A stretch of 64,000 nucleotides of DNA. Source: Mytilus edulis. Lineage: Eukaryota. Position numbers and translations under genes: made by a program. Below, piece after piece: positions 1 through 12,440 of this stretch; within the stretch, counting starts at the first letter, position 1, and each line of letters starts with the position of its first letter. The notes under the pieces are model-generated. The model searched no databases, was not told where the DNA came from, and saw only the letters and a program-made list of their open reading frames with translations. Location: the NCBI RefSeq assembly GCF_963676685.1, contig NC_092356.1, positions 36,270,001-36,334,000 on the forward strand, given 5' to 3'.

Positions 1-1189
1 CATGGAGGAACTTTCACCATTACAAACCATGTCTACGCTGTACAGTGTAGCGCGATCGGAAGTATTTTATCCCTCCATACAAGGAATGGTGTACATGCTA
101 TTTCATTGCTTATTTAAATATTTATTTGAATTTTCATTATAGAATTAGAAGTATCAACATTTTCATTTATTGCCGTTTTTAACCATTCAAATGCCAAGTC
201 TTCATGGTCCCCCCTTAGTCGAGAATGACCAAAAGCTGTCATGAAGGTCCTCATGCAGATTTCTTTTATTTTTGGTAATTGTTATGGGGGTTAAAAATCA
301 TCTGTGGACACTGTCAAATTCAGAGCCCATTACCGGTATGGCTGATTTGCAGCAACAACAAAACAATTCGTACGGGTTATGTAAAAGGTTAAAGAGATTT
401 GTAAAGCAAACGTTGACAAATGAAAAGGTTTTTAATGACTTTATCTTGCAAATTGATGATGTGCAACATGCATCTTTCGAGTCTGAATAGAAACCGGATA
501 CGCGGATGTATCAATTTGATTGTAATATACGAAATGAATTCGGAATTTAGATACGATATTTCTTTACAGGAAATATTTAAGTTTTTACTTTTAAACTTTT
601 AAAGTAATTCTAAATTATCGTTACAGCAGTACTCGAGTTATTTGCGATGAAATAATATTTACTGTTTTGCGTCTTATTTTGTACTTCTTAAAAAAAGGGG
701 GATGCTGATTGCGTAAGTCAAAATAAAGCACGTGTTCGACTTGTTAAACTGTTTTCTTTGTAACTGGATTAATTTATTAATTTATTTATTTAATCTAAAT
801 GATCATAATCATTTGCTGAAACTAAGTTGATTACTTCGACAAATGGATCGTCTATCCTCAGATAGTATTCTCCTGTCTGGTTTGTTGATCTACCTGTACA
901 AGCTCAGGTACAAGTAATTAGCGATCTTAATCCGGATATCCCTCAGGCGTTATAACTGTATTGGATTATAACATATAAAGCCTTAGGGTTATGCAATTAC
1001 ATGCATTTGATTATAAATGATAAAAAAATGGCGTCGGGCTACAAAAAACGATGAAGTTTTGAACGATGGCGGAAGACAATTTAACGATGGCGCAAGACAA
1101 TTTAACGATGGCGCGAGTCATTTGACGATGGCGCAAGACATTTGAACGATGGCGGGGCTCCATCGTTAAACAGGCCATGGAGATCCCTG
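1..1189. mobile_element. Right part of a hAT-like non-autonomous element with 21-bp subterminal repeats (left end outside window or unclear)
   Basis: About 5 copies of AACGATGGCG spaced 21 bp apart at ~1060-1155, ending in GATCCCTG (reverse complement of the CAGGG terminus seen in other elements here). Confidence 0.45.
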
Positions 1190-1327
1190 CAGCATATAAA
1201 AAAATATCCAAAGATACTAGACTTATAATTTAGACCCACAGACCCTGGTTTTGTCTACAGCAAGTTTCAGCTTAAATAAAAACAGAACAAGGCCAAATCA
1301 GTAAAAAGGTTAAAGAGCATTGAAAGT

Positions 1328-2036
1328 CAGTGTTTTCCTTTTTTCACTAAGGGAAGGTGGGTGTTTTAAAAAAAAAATCACTTGCAACCGGGTGGTTTTT
1401 TTTAAATGTCCACCCGTTTTTTTTTTTAATTTACTGTGGGTGCACGTGGGGGTCACAAAAATAAAGATTAGTATAATATTCACATTTAATGGAGTTGAAC
1501 AAACATAAATAGACGTAGTCATATTCTTTGATTTGATTTTTTTCAACAATTTATCTCTTTTCTCTCTTCTTTCATTTTATGTCCTGTTTCTTGCTTTTGT
1601 GCCGTATTTTTGGCACATAGAACAGTAGTATCCTTCCTCTGTGACTATAAGCCATTTGAAGTCTTGCTCATATTTGTCTTCACTTGCGTGTCTTTTCCGT
1701 TGTTTGGTTGATTTTTATTCAATTTCCACAACTTCAACATTACTATCAATTTTATTTAACTTATTTGGTCTAGTATTTTCTTTATCATCATCGTCATCTG
1801 CCTTTCTTGTACCCCGATTGATAAATGAAAATATTGAAATTTGACGATTGGACGCCATCTTTGTCAATGAAAACAAATCAGCGAGGCGCGATTAGTTTTC
1901 AAATTTTAACGGTACGGAACCGAAAAAAATCCGAAATTTGAAAAAAAAGCCGACCACCTCCTAAAATCGAAAGGTGGTCGGCTTTAAAAAGAAGGTGGTT
2001 GGCACACCCGGCTTAAATGCCGAATGGAAAACACTG
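1328..2036 (-). mobile_element. Internally deleted hAT-type element
   Basis: TIR CAGTGTTTTCC/GGAAAACACTG; 5-bp direct repeat AAAGT on both flanks; carries a transposase N-terminal remnant. Confidence 0.75.
1577..1858 (-). pseudogene. hAT transposase N-terminal remnant (TTF-type zinc finger, ZNF862/ZMYM1-like)
   Basis: Manual translation MASNRQISIFSF...EIE*KSTKQRKRHASEDKYEQDFKWLIVTEEGYYCSMCQKY; FxWL...YCxxC motif; in-frame stop. Confidence 0.6.
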
Positions 2037-2190
2037 AAAGTTCAAAAAGTTCAATGAAATTCCATGTCAATACCATCTTGGAGGAAACAGTCACCAGCAG
2101 TGCATTTACAAAGTGGTAAAAATAAATGTACGTCAGATTATATTGATTCATGAGCTTATAGATAATAATAATAATAAAATATCAATGTAC

Positions 2191-2366
2191 CATTATCCCT
2201 TTGTTGACAAATTTGTTTCAAATCAGAAAACATTAACATCATTTCTTCTTTTATCTTTTTATTTCTTTCTTCTACAAACTGATGGACATTTGTCACTTCT
2301 GTCTTCTGTTCTTGTATCTTCTTTCTTATCAGTGGCAGCTGCTTGTCAAATATTACATTTCTTGAT
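2191..2366 (-). CDS. LEKR1: LEKR1-like coding exon 3 (coiled coil); gene continues leftward
   Basis: AG acceptor and GT donor; phase 2 entry matches the previous exon; SRNVIFDKQLPLIRKKIQEQKTEV... Confidence 0.7.
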
Positions 2367-2912
2367 CTGAAATACACACATCATGAATATTAAACATTAA
2401 ACTACAATAATCTGATCATTCATAAACATGTAAATTTCATTTAACACTTAAGATGTACAGTCATTGTGACAGTATCATATTATATGAAAGAGTATGTTTT
2501 AAAAAAACTTATACCAATAAATTTTATTCCCTGATAAATAGAAATAAACTAGGTGGGGTTTTTTTTACAAAAGAAAGACTGTAAGTGCAAACAATTAAAG
2601 ATTAAAAAAGTTTAAGTCTCTCCTGGAAATCTGGCTTCCTTAATCACTGAAAACTGATCGCCAAAATATAGCCAATTATACTGAAAGTAGTGTTGCAATC
2701 AATCAATCAATCATCAAATCTTTTATTGGACACTTTGGTTAGAACTTGTACCTAGTCAGAATCAGGACTTGTATTTTCCTTTTTGACTTTCAGCTAATAC
2801 ACATATAGTAAACTCTTCTCCTAGCATTCTTTGCATTTGTTGTTTCTGTTTTTATGCTAGCCTAAGTTGTTGTTCTATGTATTTGTTGTTTGAACTTGTT
2901 TCAAAGTCTTAC

Positions 2913-3044
2913 TTGAGTTTCTGTTGTAAATCATCTTTGACTTTTGTTGTGTTCTCTAGATTCTTCACTAATTCATGGTTATGATTCTGTAACTTAATTG
3001 TCATATTTGATTCATTCTCTAAACTCTCTTGTAATGTTGTTACC
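2913..3044 (-). CDS. LEKR1: LEKR1-like coding exon 2
   Basis: ttttgtag acceptor and gtaag donor; 132 nt, phase 2/2; VTTLQESLENESNMTIKLQNHNHELVKNLE... Confidence 0.7.
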
Positions 3045-3697
3045 CTACAAAAAAGTACAAAGTAGATGTTTAGGCCAGGGTTTAAGCTAGGATTTTGAGG
3101 GCTTTAGTCACTTTTGCGCGCTATTAAAATCAACCTTATTTTGTGTAAAAGCAAGGGACCAATGATGTATATTACTAGCTTCATCTTTTGACTTTGTCAG
3201 ATTTTTAGGGATTGAGGCACCAGCATGATTGGCAGTTATTGTATGATTTGACTGTATTGGCCATTATTATGAAAGATTCTGACATGGAATCCAGAAATTT
3301 AGTTCACAATTTCTCTTCAGTTTATTCCAGGGGTCATTCCTGATCAACAAAAGTTGGATTCTATTTTTTTAAAACAAGGAATCACAGCAGAAATTAACTT
3401 GCAAAGATTATTTCACTGCATAATCATTATCCATATAAAAGGTCTAAATCGATATTTGGAAATCATTTCTTTCAAGTTGGAAATGTGTAAAATCCTTTTT
3501 GGAACTATAAAAATGACTGAAAGTAGGTTGTAAACAAATCAACAATAGATCACATTTACTTCTTTTGGTTTTAAAATGAAACGAAAACCGGAAGTGGCAC
3601 GTGGATAATAAATTCAAAACGAGTCCGGATTCATCAGGAAATTATCATTTTTTTATTTAAATTCCTTTAGTAAGAGATGTTTGTCTCTCTCGTTTAA

Positions 3698-4462
3698 GGT
3701 AGCACAATACAAAGATTTTATAACTCCAACTCCCAAGTTTTAAAATGCTGTAACTTTCTTAATAATGCTTGAAAATTTATAAAAGTGGTAGTTTTGGATA
3801 GCTAACAGATTACTCTTTCAAATAAACGCAATGTTAGTATTATGCAACAATAATGTAACCAGAGACATATAATACAATGTATTATATGTCTCTGATGTAA
3901 CCAATTATAATGTTAACTGTGTCTAAAATATTTTTCACCAAATTTCCACTTTCAAATAAAATTAGCTTCTGCATAGGTATCCCTAGAGGGTTGATTTTGT
4001 TTTATGTTGTTCCTATGGCCATTATCTACAAAAGGGTGTCTCAGATTTCAGATAGAATGTATAGAACAAATTTTACACCTAATTAAACATTATCTTCTTT
4101 TATGTGGTTAGGATGTTTACACAAATTAGAGATTTATGAGAGAATGGAATACAATAGAGACGATCTGAGACACCCTTTTAAAGCCCATGATGTGTTGATT
4201 AAGATTTTGTTAAAATTTTCTGTATAGTTAAAGAGATGATAGAGCTAAATTCATTCAAGTGAACTTACCCAGATTTTGTCACTAATTACATAATAATTGA
4301 TTACATAATGATTGTATAATAAAAATATTGCATTCATTTAAATGATTAATCTTTTATCTATCTATATATACCTCTTTTATTATTTTCTATGCATTCATAA
4401 GAAAGTTACAGCATTTCAAAGGTTAGTGATTGGAAGTAAAAAAATCTTTGTATTGTGCTACC
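3698..4462. mobile_element. TTAA-specific (Kolobok-like) MITE nested in the hAT MITE
   Basis: TIR GGTAGCACAATACAAAGATTT; TTAA on both sides. Confidence 0.8.
3860..3894. mobile_element. 35-bp hairpin micro-element
   Basis: CAGAGACATATAATACA-A-TGTATTATATGTCTCTG palindrome; 7-bp TSD ATGTAAC; sister copy at 62419. Confidence 0.7.
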
Positions 4463-5555
4463 TTAATTAAATGATTTCGTATTTTACGTTTTTTTAAAGT
4501 CTATAAATAGTCAAAGGAATACTTTCACGCATGCGTAGAACACAATACAGGAAGCACCTGTTTAACTCGTGAAAGTTTTGAATAAACACATTAAAGTTCT
4601 TTATTTTAAATGGAAATTGTTGAAAGTTTTTTGATGAAAATTTAAATCAAATATGACGAAAATGCCTTCGAATGACGAATCTACGACAAATGAACTTCAG
4701 ATCGTTAGAAAAATATTGAAATTCAAATGCGAACTGACCGGGTTGTTACATTTTTGATTAATTGACGAAACTAAACTCCTGGTTGTTGAAATGACTTGCC
4801 GACTGACTGATTTTCCAGGGGAAATAATTATGATGGTCATTCAATTATGGGGTTTAATAATAATTAACGGATTAGTGACCCATCCGATGGCGATAAGCGG
4901 ATTAGTTGTAATCACAACTTGTAACACCTGTTAAAAATGTTAATTACCTGGAGGTCATAAACTTGTCAAAAACATGAAGATTTATAGTTTTTATTGCGAA
5001 TTTTTTTTTACACTTTCAAAATTAAAGTGACGAAATTGATTTGAAATATTTTCGTCAATGAGAAAACCCTTTCGTAAAATACGAAAGTGACGAGCGCTAG
5101 CAAAATCACTGGTTTAGGCTGTTGTTAATTTCTATATCAACATGAACTGTAGCAGATTATTTTTTTTGGCATGTGTAAAAAATGTTTGCTACAGTTGAAA
5201 AAAGAATATAAAATTAAATTTAAACAAATACAAAAATGAAAAAATAAAATTCAGTGCCTTCATGGCCTTAGAAAACAATTGGAATAACAGTTTCAATCTT
5301 TTCAAAAAGTATGTAACTTGGTTTTTTTCTGAGCCTTCTAAAAAAGTGTCTGCAAGGACTCAAAAAGGTTTTTCAATTTCTTAATGGTGATATCTTTCTC
5401 TAATTTAAAACATGTTTATCTACATTTACATCAATATCAAGTTGAAATTTAATTTGTCAATTAAAATCAAACAAAATATAATCTCAAAAGGCATGTCCAT
5501 CAAATTACCAGCAATATCAATTGCAGAAAAAAATGAAAAAATTATTAAAACTTAC

Positions 5556-5869
5556 ATTAAACTTTTATCACTAATAATATTTTGTAGATCTGCAATCTCT
5601 GACTTTAATTGAGTAACTTGTTCTTTTAGTTGAATTTCCCTGACTTCACATCCCCTCAAATGTTCCAGTTCCTTTTCTGTAGCTTTCAGTTTCTCCTCTA
5701 ACTTTTTAATCTCATTATGTATGAGGTAACTGACACCACAGTATTTACACACTGTCTCGTCTCTCTCCATTTTGTTGATCTCTTCGGGAAGAGGATACTG
5801 TGGGTTATAGTGTTCAAACATCTCCTGGTTGTTGGTTTCTTTCTCTGACATATTCACATCTGTTTTCAT
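5556..5869 (-). CDS. LEKR1: LEKR1-like first coding exon (leucine-, glutamate- and lysine-rich protein 1)
   Basis: PLPEEINKMERDETVCKYCGVSYLIHNEIKKLEEKLK matches the LEKR1 N-terminal motif; exon begins 5876 after an AG acceptor; ATG at 5869; gtaag donor. Confidence 0.85.
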
Positions 5870-7565
5870 TCCGTTTCTGTTAAATATAATACATATCATA
5901 TGTCTTATTATTTTTTTATATTATGTTTGTTTTATGATAAACCCGGAAGGTTATTATCCTCTTAGACTAATGATTTATTATTAAAATATATTTTTTAATC
6001 ATACTTTGAAATCAACATATCTATTATTTTTTCAATTTGTATACCGTAATCAAAAATAAATATTCTTTATATTGTTCTTGTATGAGCCTCCTTAAGGGCC
6101 ATAGCGCCAAATGTGGAGGAGGATCTGCTTACCACTCCCAAGCACCTGATATCACTCCTAGTTTTGGTTTAAGGGTTTTTTGTTGTTCTTTGTGCTTTTT
6201 TTCTTCAATCCCTGTGTTGTTAATATGGCTAAAAGTCTTTTCTATACCTACAACTAGGTCCCTGTTATGAAAAATGTGTTTCTATTTCAAATCTTTAGTC
6301 TGTAAAGTTTCAGTGTGAGAACATTAATTACTCACCTGATGGTTAATTATTAATTTGGTAAGGATGGATAAAAGTCTAGTACAAATCTGCTGATGTGTGA
6401 TGCTTTATCACTACATAATTCATCAATGTATCTTATATTATCATGATTATGATATAGTCCCCTATCATCTATGCTACCTTTCCAAAGTACCAGAGAGTTA
6501 GTAAAAGTTTGAAGTTGTAAAAATTGGGTTGACTTGATAGTTAAGACATAACAATGATAAGACTTTACATAGTTGATGAGTTAATTGGTTATTTTATCAT
6601 TTCATTGAGTAATATTACTGTACTTAAGTTTTCATGATACAAGGGGTTGGTGGTCATTCTAGGTACAAGTCAAATCGGCACCTGGTTAAATCGGCATCTA
6701 GTCAAATCGGCACCTATTTTACATAATCACTGAACATTTTAATAATTATTTTACAAATTCCCTAATATGATTTCAGGGATTATGAACAATTTAATAATCC
6801 TTTGTTGTTTGTTCATGTTGTTTGATAAAAAAAATTAATATAGACAAATTATATTTTTTTCTTTCATATTCCTTGCCAGATGAAATAATTTTGCCTTTAT
6901 ACACAGAGGATGATCTAAAAGATATAACCAACACAGGGTTTCGAGATAAAGTTGAAGACTTCAAAATTAATAATATCAACATTCCCTTTATAGCGATAGT
7001 TTAACATGTATTGTTTGTTTATTAAAAGCCAGCGTCAAAAGGATATCCATGCTCTATTTGTAAATCCACAAAGCATGTTATTTGTGATACATGTAAGGCA
7101 AATGGTGAAGAAGATTATGGAACATCTGTTTTGTGTTGGGTTTTTTTCTCAAATGAACAAGAAATACAAACTGTTAATAGAACTTAGGCATCTTAGACTT
7201 TTCTTAGTGTATAGAAAAAGAGGCAGATTGACAAATAGAACAAAGTTTTAGAGGAAGCTTGCATTTGGTGTAATATTCTTATAGTAATTCCATGTAGGGT
7301 AAAAAAAGAACGGGAAATCCAAAAAACCTAATAGCAATTGTTCAAAAAAAGTCTGAAAAAGGATATTGCCTGGCCACAAAACATGGTATCATTCTTGCTC
7401 GAACCAGTTTAAGGTTGCAAAATCCTTCTTTTTTTTTTGGTAAGGGAGGGGGGGGGGGGTTCCTTCAGATGTTTTTACTGAACATTTTATTTCTCTTAGG
7501 CGTATTGTTAAAATATGATTCCATATGTGCAGGAAAAGGTTTTTTAAATGTCGATATTGTGGTAA

Positions 7566-8944
7566 AACAAGAGGCTCTCAAGAGCCTGAATCGCTCACCT
7601 TAATTCTTTTGGTTAAATCTCTCATCAATGATTATTTTGGCTTTTCAATTTATTTAAATGTTTTTTTGGATCGTCCTATTTTCTTCAAAAGCCAAAAAAA
7701 ATAATCATTTTCTCCTATGTTCTATGTTAGCCATAGGAGCTATGTTTCTTGACATACAAGGAAATAAAATATAAAATTTATACTAGATACTCTGAAACTC
7801 ATTTAGCCTAAGTTTGGCTGAAATTGATACAGCAGTTTCAAAGGAGAAGATTTTTTAAAGTAAGTCAACATGATGAACAAATTGTGAAAAAAGTTTTAAT
7901 AACTCCTTAAGGGGTCAATTGACAATTTTGGTCAAATTGACTTAATTGAAGATCTTACTTTGCTGAACATTATTGCTGTTTACAGTTTATTTCTATCTAT
8001 AATTATATTCAAGATAATAAACAAAAACAGCAAAATTTCCTTAAAATTATCAATTCAGGGGCAGCAACCCAACAACAGGTTGTCTGATTCATCTGAAAAT
8101 TTCAGGGCAGATAGATCTTGAACTGATAAACAATTTTACCCATGTCAGATTTGCTCTAAATGCTTTGGTTTTTGAGTTATAAGCCAAAAACTGCATTTGA
8201 CCCCTATGTTCTATTTTTAGCAATGGCGACCATGTTTGTTGATAGATCATAACTTCGGATACAATTTACAAACTAGATACCCTAAGGAACATTCAATTAA
8301 AGTTTGGAAGTATTTGGCCCAGTAGTTTCAGAGGAGAAGATTTTTGTAAAAGATTACTAAGATTTACGAAAAATGGTTAAAAATTGACTATAAAGGGCAA
8401 TAACTCCTAAAGGGGTCAACTGACCATTTCCGTCAAGTTGACTTATTTGTAAATCTTACTTTGCTGAACATTATTCCTGTTTACAGTTTATCTCTATCTA
8501 TAATAATATTCAAGATAATAACCAAAAACAGCAAAATTTCCTTAAAATTACCAATTCAGGGGCAGCAACCCAACAACGGGTTGTCTGATTCATCTGAAAA
8601 TTTCAGGGCAGATAGATCTTGACCTGATAAACAATATTACCCCTGTCAGATTTGCTCTAAATGCTTTGGTTTTTGAGTTATAAGCCAAAAACTGCATTTG
8701 ACCCCTATGTTCTATTTTTAGCAATGGCGACCATGTTTTTTAATAGATCAAAACTTCGGATACAATTTATAAATTAGTTACCCTAAGGAACATTCAGTTA
8801 AAGTTTGAAAGTATTTGGCCCAGTAGTTTCAGAGGAGAAGATTCTTGAAATAGTTTACGACGACAGACGACGGACGACAGACGACGACGGACGCCAAGTG
8901 ATGGCATAAGCTCACTTGTCCCTTCGGGACAGGTGAGCTAAAAA
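7566..8944. mobile_element. Helentron-associated (HINE-like) element with ~500-bp internal tandem duplication
   Basis: 5' hairpin AGGCTCTCAAGAGCCT and GCTCACCT; GACG microsatellite; 3' hairpin GCTCACTTGTCCCTTCGGGACAGGTGAGC; near-identical family member at 58157. Confidence 0.75.
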
Positions 8945-9373
8945 GATGTCAAGCATATTATTTTAACACATTGTGTTTCACATTTTAATATAGTGTGCCT
9001 AACATTTAAAAAAATTGGGGTTATCATTTTGATATATTGTGCTTAACATTTTACAATGTATGTTACTTTATAATGATGTTTTATAAATGTTTATAAATAA
9101 AACTATTTCTTCATTTCAGTTATTATGTAGAATCCCTGACGTTTTTTTTAGTGATTATACATAATCCCTGAAACTTTTAGTGATTATATATAATCCCTAA
9201 ACTAGCCAGTGATTCTACATAATCCCTGAAAATTTCAGGGATTCTACATAATCACTGATTATACAAATTCACTGTAACATATACACAATATAAGACAGAC
9301 AATATTCAAATATAAAATACATGTACCATTCTATTTAGAATTATGGGAGACTGTAAAATAATGTCTATATATA

Positions 9374-9864
9374 TAATAAAATTGAGAATGGAAATGGGGA
9401 ATGTGCCAAAGAGACAACAACCCGACCATAGAAAAAAAAAAACAGCAGAAGGTCACCAACAGGTCTTCAATGTAGCGAGAAATTCCCGCACCAGGAGGCG
9501 TCCTTCAACTGGCCCCTAAACAAATATATACTAGTTCAGTGATAATGAACGCCATACGAATTTCCAAATTGTACACAAGAAACTAAAATTAAAATAATAC
9601 AAGACTAACAAAGGCCAGAGGCTCCTGACTTGGGACAGGCGCAAAAATGCGGCGGGGTTAAACATGTTTGTGAGATCTCAACCCTCCCCCTATACCTCTA
9701 GCGAATGTAGAAAAGTAAAAGCATAACAATACCGCATGCACATTAAAATTCAGTTCAAGAGAAGTCCGAGTCTGATGTCAGAAGATGTAACCAAAGAGAA
9801 TAAACAAAATTACAATAATACATAAATAACAACAGACTACTAGCAGTTAACTGACATGCCAGCT
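9374..9864 (+). repeat. Interspersed repeat family (also 20500-21340; inverted fragments at 43605-43712 and 59803-59943)
   Basis: Shared AAAATTGAGAATGGAAATGGGGAATGTGTCAAAGAGACAACAACCCGACC sequence. Confidence 0.8.
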
Positions 9865-10139
9865 AAAACTAGTACTATTCATGCTAATACAAAAGTTAAT
9901 TATTTAAAGTTTTTCCAACATTATAGGACTGAGTTGTGATAAGTTTTCTTTCCAATTAATTAATAACTTTAATCAAGTACATGTACATAGTTAATATGTT
10001 TGTTGTTTTAACTCAACAGTATTACAGGTAGATCGAGTTATTGATGTTTTATTCTTCAAAAACTTCACAAGAAACAACAAAGCCCTTCGATCCCCAAGGT
10101 GTTAATTGTTTAATTAACAATGAGACAATTAGAAGCAAT

Positions 10140-10850
10140 AAAACGGATAACTATGAGTCCCTTACACTAATTCAAACTATCACTTCAGGTACAAAGGCAT
10201 AGCAGATATACCACGGCCAAAAACAACAAGGTATGGTAAGAAAAGCTTTAGTTATGAGGCAGCAAAACTCTGGAACTCCTTGCCAAATGAGGCAAGGAGC
10301 TTATCAACTTTTGGCCAGTTCAAAAATTTTATCTCCACCTGGTGTTTTTCAGAAAAATGTACATGCAGTTCTTGTAAATAATGTACTTACTTGCTGCCCC
10401 ATAACTTGATCTCGAAGCCTGCTGTTTGTTTGCTTTTTTTTATGGTTTTATCTTTTTGCAGTTATTTTTATTTTTTATTTAGCCATTTATTTCTTTTGCT
10501 TATGCATTACCTTTGCTATAGCTGCATGCAGTCTTTTGTTTGTGCTTAAAGTGTTTAAGTTTGCATGTGCTACTCTTATATAAATACTATGTGCTACTAT
10601 ATATGTGCTGATATTAGACATTTGTTTTAATATATCTTGCTTAGCTTTTATTCTGCATGTGCTATCTATGTATTAATATATATGTGTGATGTCTGTATGT
10701 TTGTGTTGTATGTGTATCTAATGTTATTACATGTATGTTTTGTTTATTAATATCAGTCGGTTAAAGAGCTCTTAAGAACTCATGTTCTTTGTTATTATGT
10801 ATATATGAAACCCCGACTTTAAATAAAGATTACTTTACTTTACTTTACTT
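10140..10850 (+). mobile_element. CR1/L2-clade LINE 3' end
   Basis: PRPKTTRYGKKSFSYEAAKLWNSLPNEARSLSTFGQFKNFISTW...CSSCK* at 10211-10381; long 3' UTR; AATAAA followed by (TACTT)n tail. Confidence 0.75.
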
Positions 10851-11310
10851 TATCATGCAAAATAATTAGTGTTTTCCAGGAAAGTTTAAACAGCATAAAA
10901 TATTAAACCAACAATCCTGCAAAATGCTCAACTGGTTAAAAATGCATAAAAAATATCCATTACCTTATATATATAAAAAAAAAAATACACATTTAGTTGA
11001 GAGAAAAAAATATATACATCAACCCCAAAAAATGTGAAGATTTCTGGACAACCCCTTCCTTATTTTACTCCTCTTGCATAATTACTGAAAAATTCTGGAC
11101 AGCCCATTCCTTTTTTTTTTTACTGTTTTTGCATAAAATACTGTTAAAAGTATATATTAAACAAATCTAACATGGGTGCCGAATTCGAATTGACTATATC
11201 ATGCGCTGATTTAACCAGGTGCCAATTTGACTAGAATTTTTCATTCTTAGGCTGTCGGTGATAAAGTTTTAGTCATATAATAACTGAATCTGAAAACGCA
11301 CAAGTATTGA

Positions 11311-11441
11311 CAGTGGCGGATCCAGAACTTTTCCTAAGGGGGGGGGGCCGCTCCAGTCATGCTTCCATGATTCCCTATATAATCAACCAAATTTTTCCCA
11401 CGAAAGGGCCCCCCCCCCCCCCCCCCCTGGATCCGCCTATG
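11311..11441. mobile_element. Small CAG-ended MITE
   Basis: CAGTGGCGGATCCAG...CTGGATCCGCCTATG; 5-bp TSD ATTGA. Confidence 0.75.
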
Positions 11442-12231
11442 ATTGAGTTCTCATTATTGAGTTTAACTACTATATCTAAGAAGAAGGAGATGTCTGCCAT
11501 CAGTATTGAACTATGATACTTTCGAGATAGGGATTCATCATTTCATGAGGCAGGGTCTGTACAAACTAAAATTTGTGTTAATTTTATGCAGATTAGCATT
11601 TTAAAGTGGCAACAATTTAGAGTTTATTGTTTGGTTCACCTACTCTTGTGTAACTTGGTGAACTGGAACTTGTTTTATAATGTATCAACAAGTTATTTGC
11701 ATATTTCAATAGTAAATGTGGTTTTAGCATCTACATTTCATGCATTTTCTTGTTATGACTCCATTTTGAAACCAATGAAAACATTTACATCCGGGGAACT
11801 TGGCCACTGTAAAATGAAGTCGATTTCGGAATTAGAATGAAATATTCCGGAAAAATCAATTATATCAATTATTTCTAAAAAAAAAAAGGGTATGTCAGAT
11901 ATTAGTATAAGATGAGAATGGAATTATAGATAATTATATTTACATACATCAGAAGTGACCAAACCGCAAAAGGAAACTTTAACCTTTCCAGTAAATTAAA
12001 AAGCCTGTCAGTCCCTTCTTTTTTCTAAATATTTTTATTGTTCAGTAACCGGCGGCCTATATATTAGAGTCCTATTTATAGGACATAATTTAAGATTATA
12101 CTATACCGGTAACTATTAAATGAAAACATCATGGGACAGGGCAAACTGTCTAAAACTTCATATTGAAATTATGGACATGGCTTTCATAACACTAAGCAGA
12201 ATCGGTAATCTATTCTAACATCGCTACAACG

Positions 12232-12440
12232 CACTACTTACTTTACTTATTGCCCTTATACGCCATTGGCGTGTAGGGCAGTAACGAAGATTTTCCACTT
12301 TTGTCTGTCGTTGGCAGTTTTCTGTAGTGTGCCCCATGTCTGTTGGTATTTACTAGCCTCTGCCTCTACAGTTCTTCTCCGTGTCATTTTGGGTCTTCCT
12401 CTCTTTCTTTTACCTTCTGGGCTACAACGCACGGCGGTAT
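12232..12440 (-). mobile_element. RTE-clade LINE 3' end
   Basis: PEGKRKRGRPKMTRRRTVEAE...TWGTLQKTANDRQKWKIFVTAL, typical RTE C-terminus; short (AAGTA)n tail. Confidence 0.8.

Larger units (their letters stand above)
3076..5111. mobile_element. hAT-type MITE in LEKR1 intron
   Basis: CAGGGTTTAAGCTAG...CTAGCAAAATCACTG imperfect TIR; 8-bp TSD GTTTAGGC. Confidence 0.8.
6661..11240. mobile_element. MULE-like non-autonomous element hosting several later insertions
   Basis: Subterminal AAATCGGCACC repeats at left, inverted GGTGCC(A)ATTT repeats at right; approximate TSD TCATTCT. Confidence 0.5.

Noticed and set aside
6336-6387. Possible LEKR1 5' UTR exon (minus; cag acceptor, gtgagt donor)
   Set aside because: Splice-like motifs only; needs cDNA evidence
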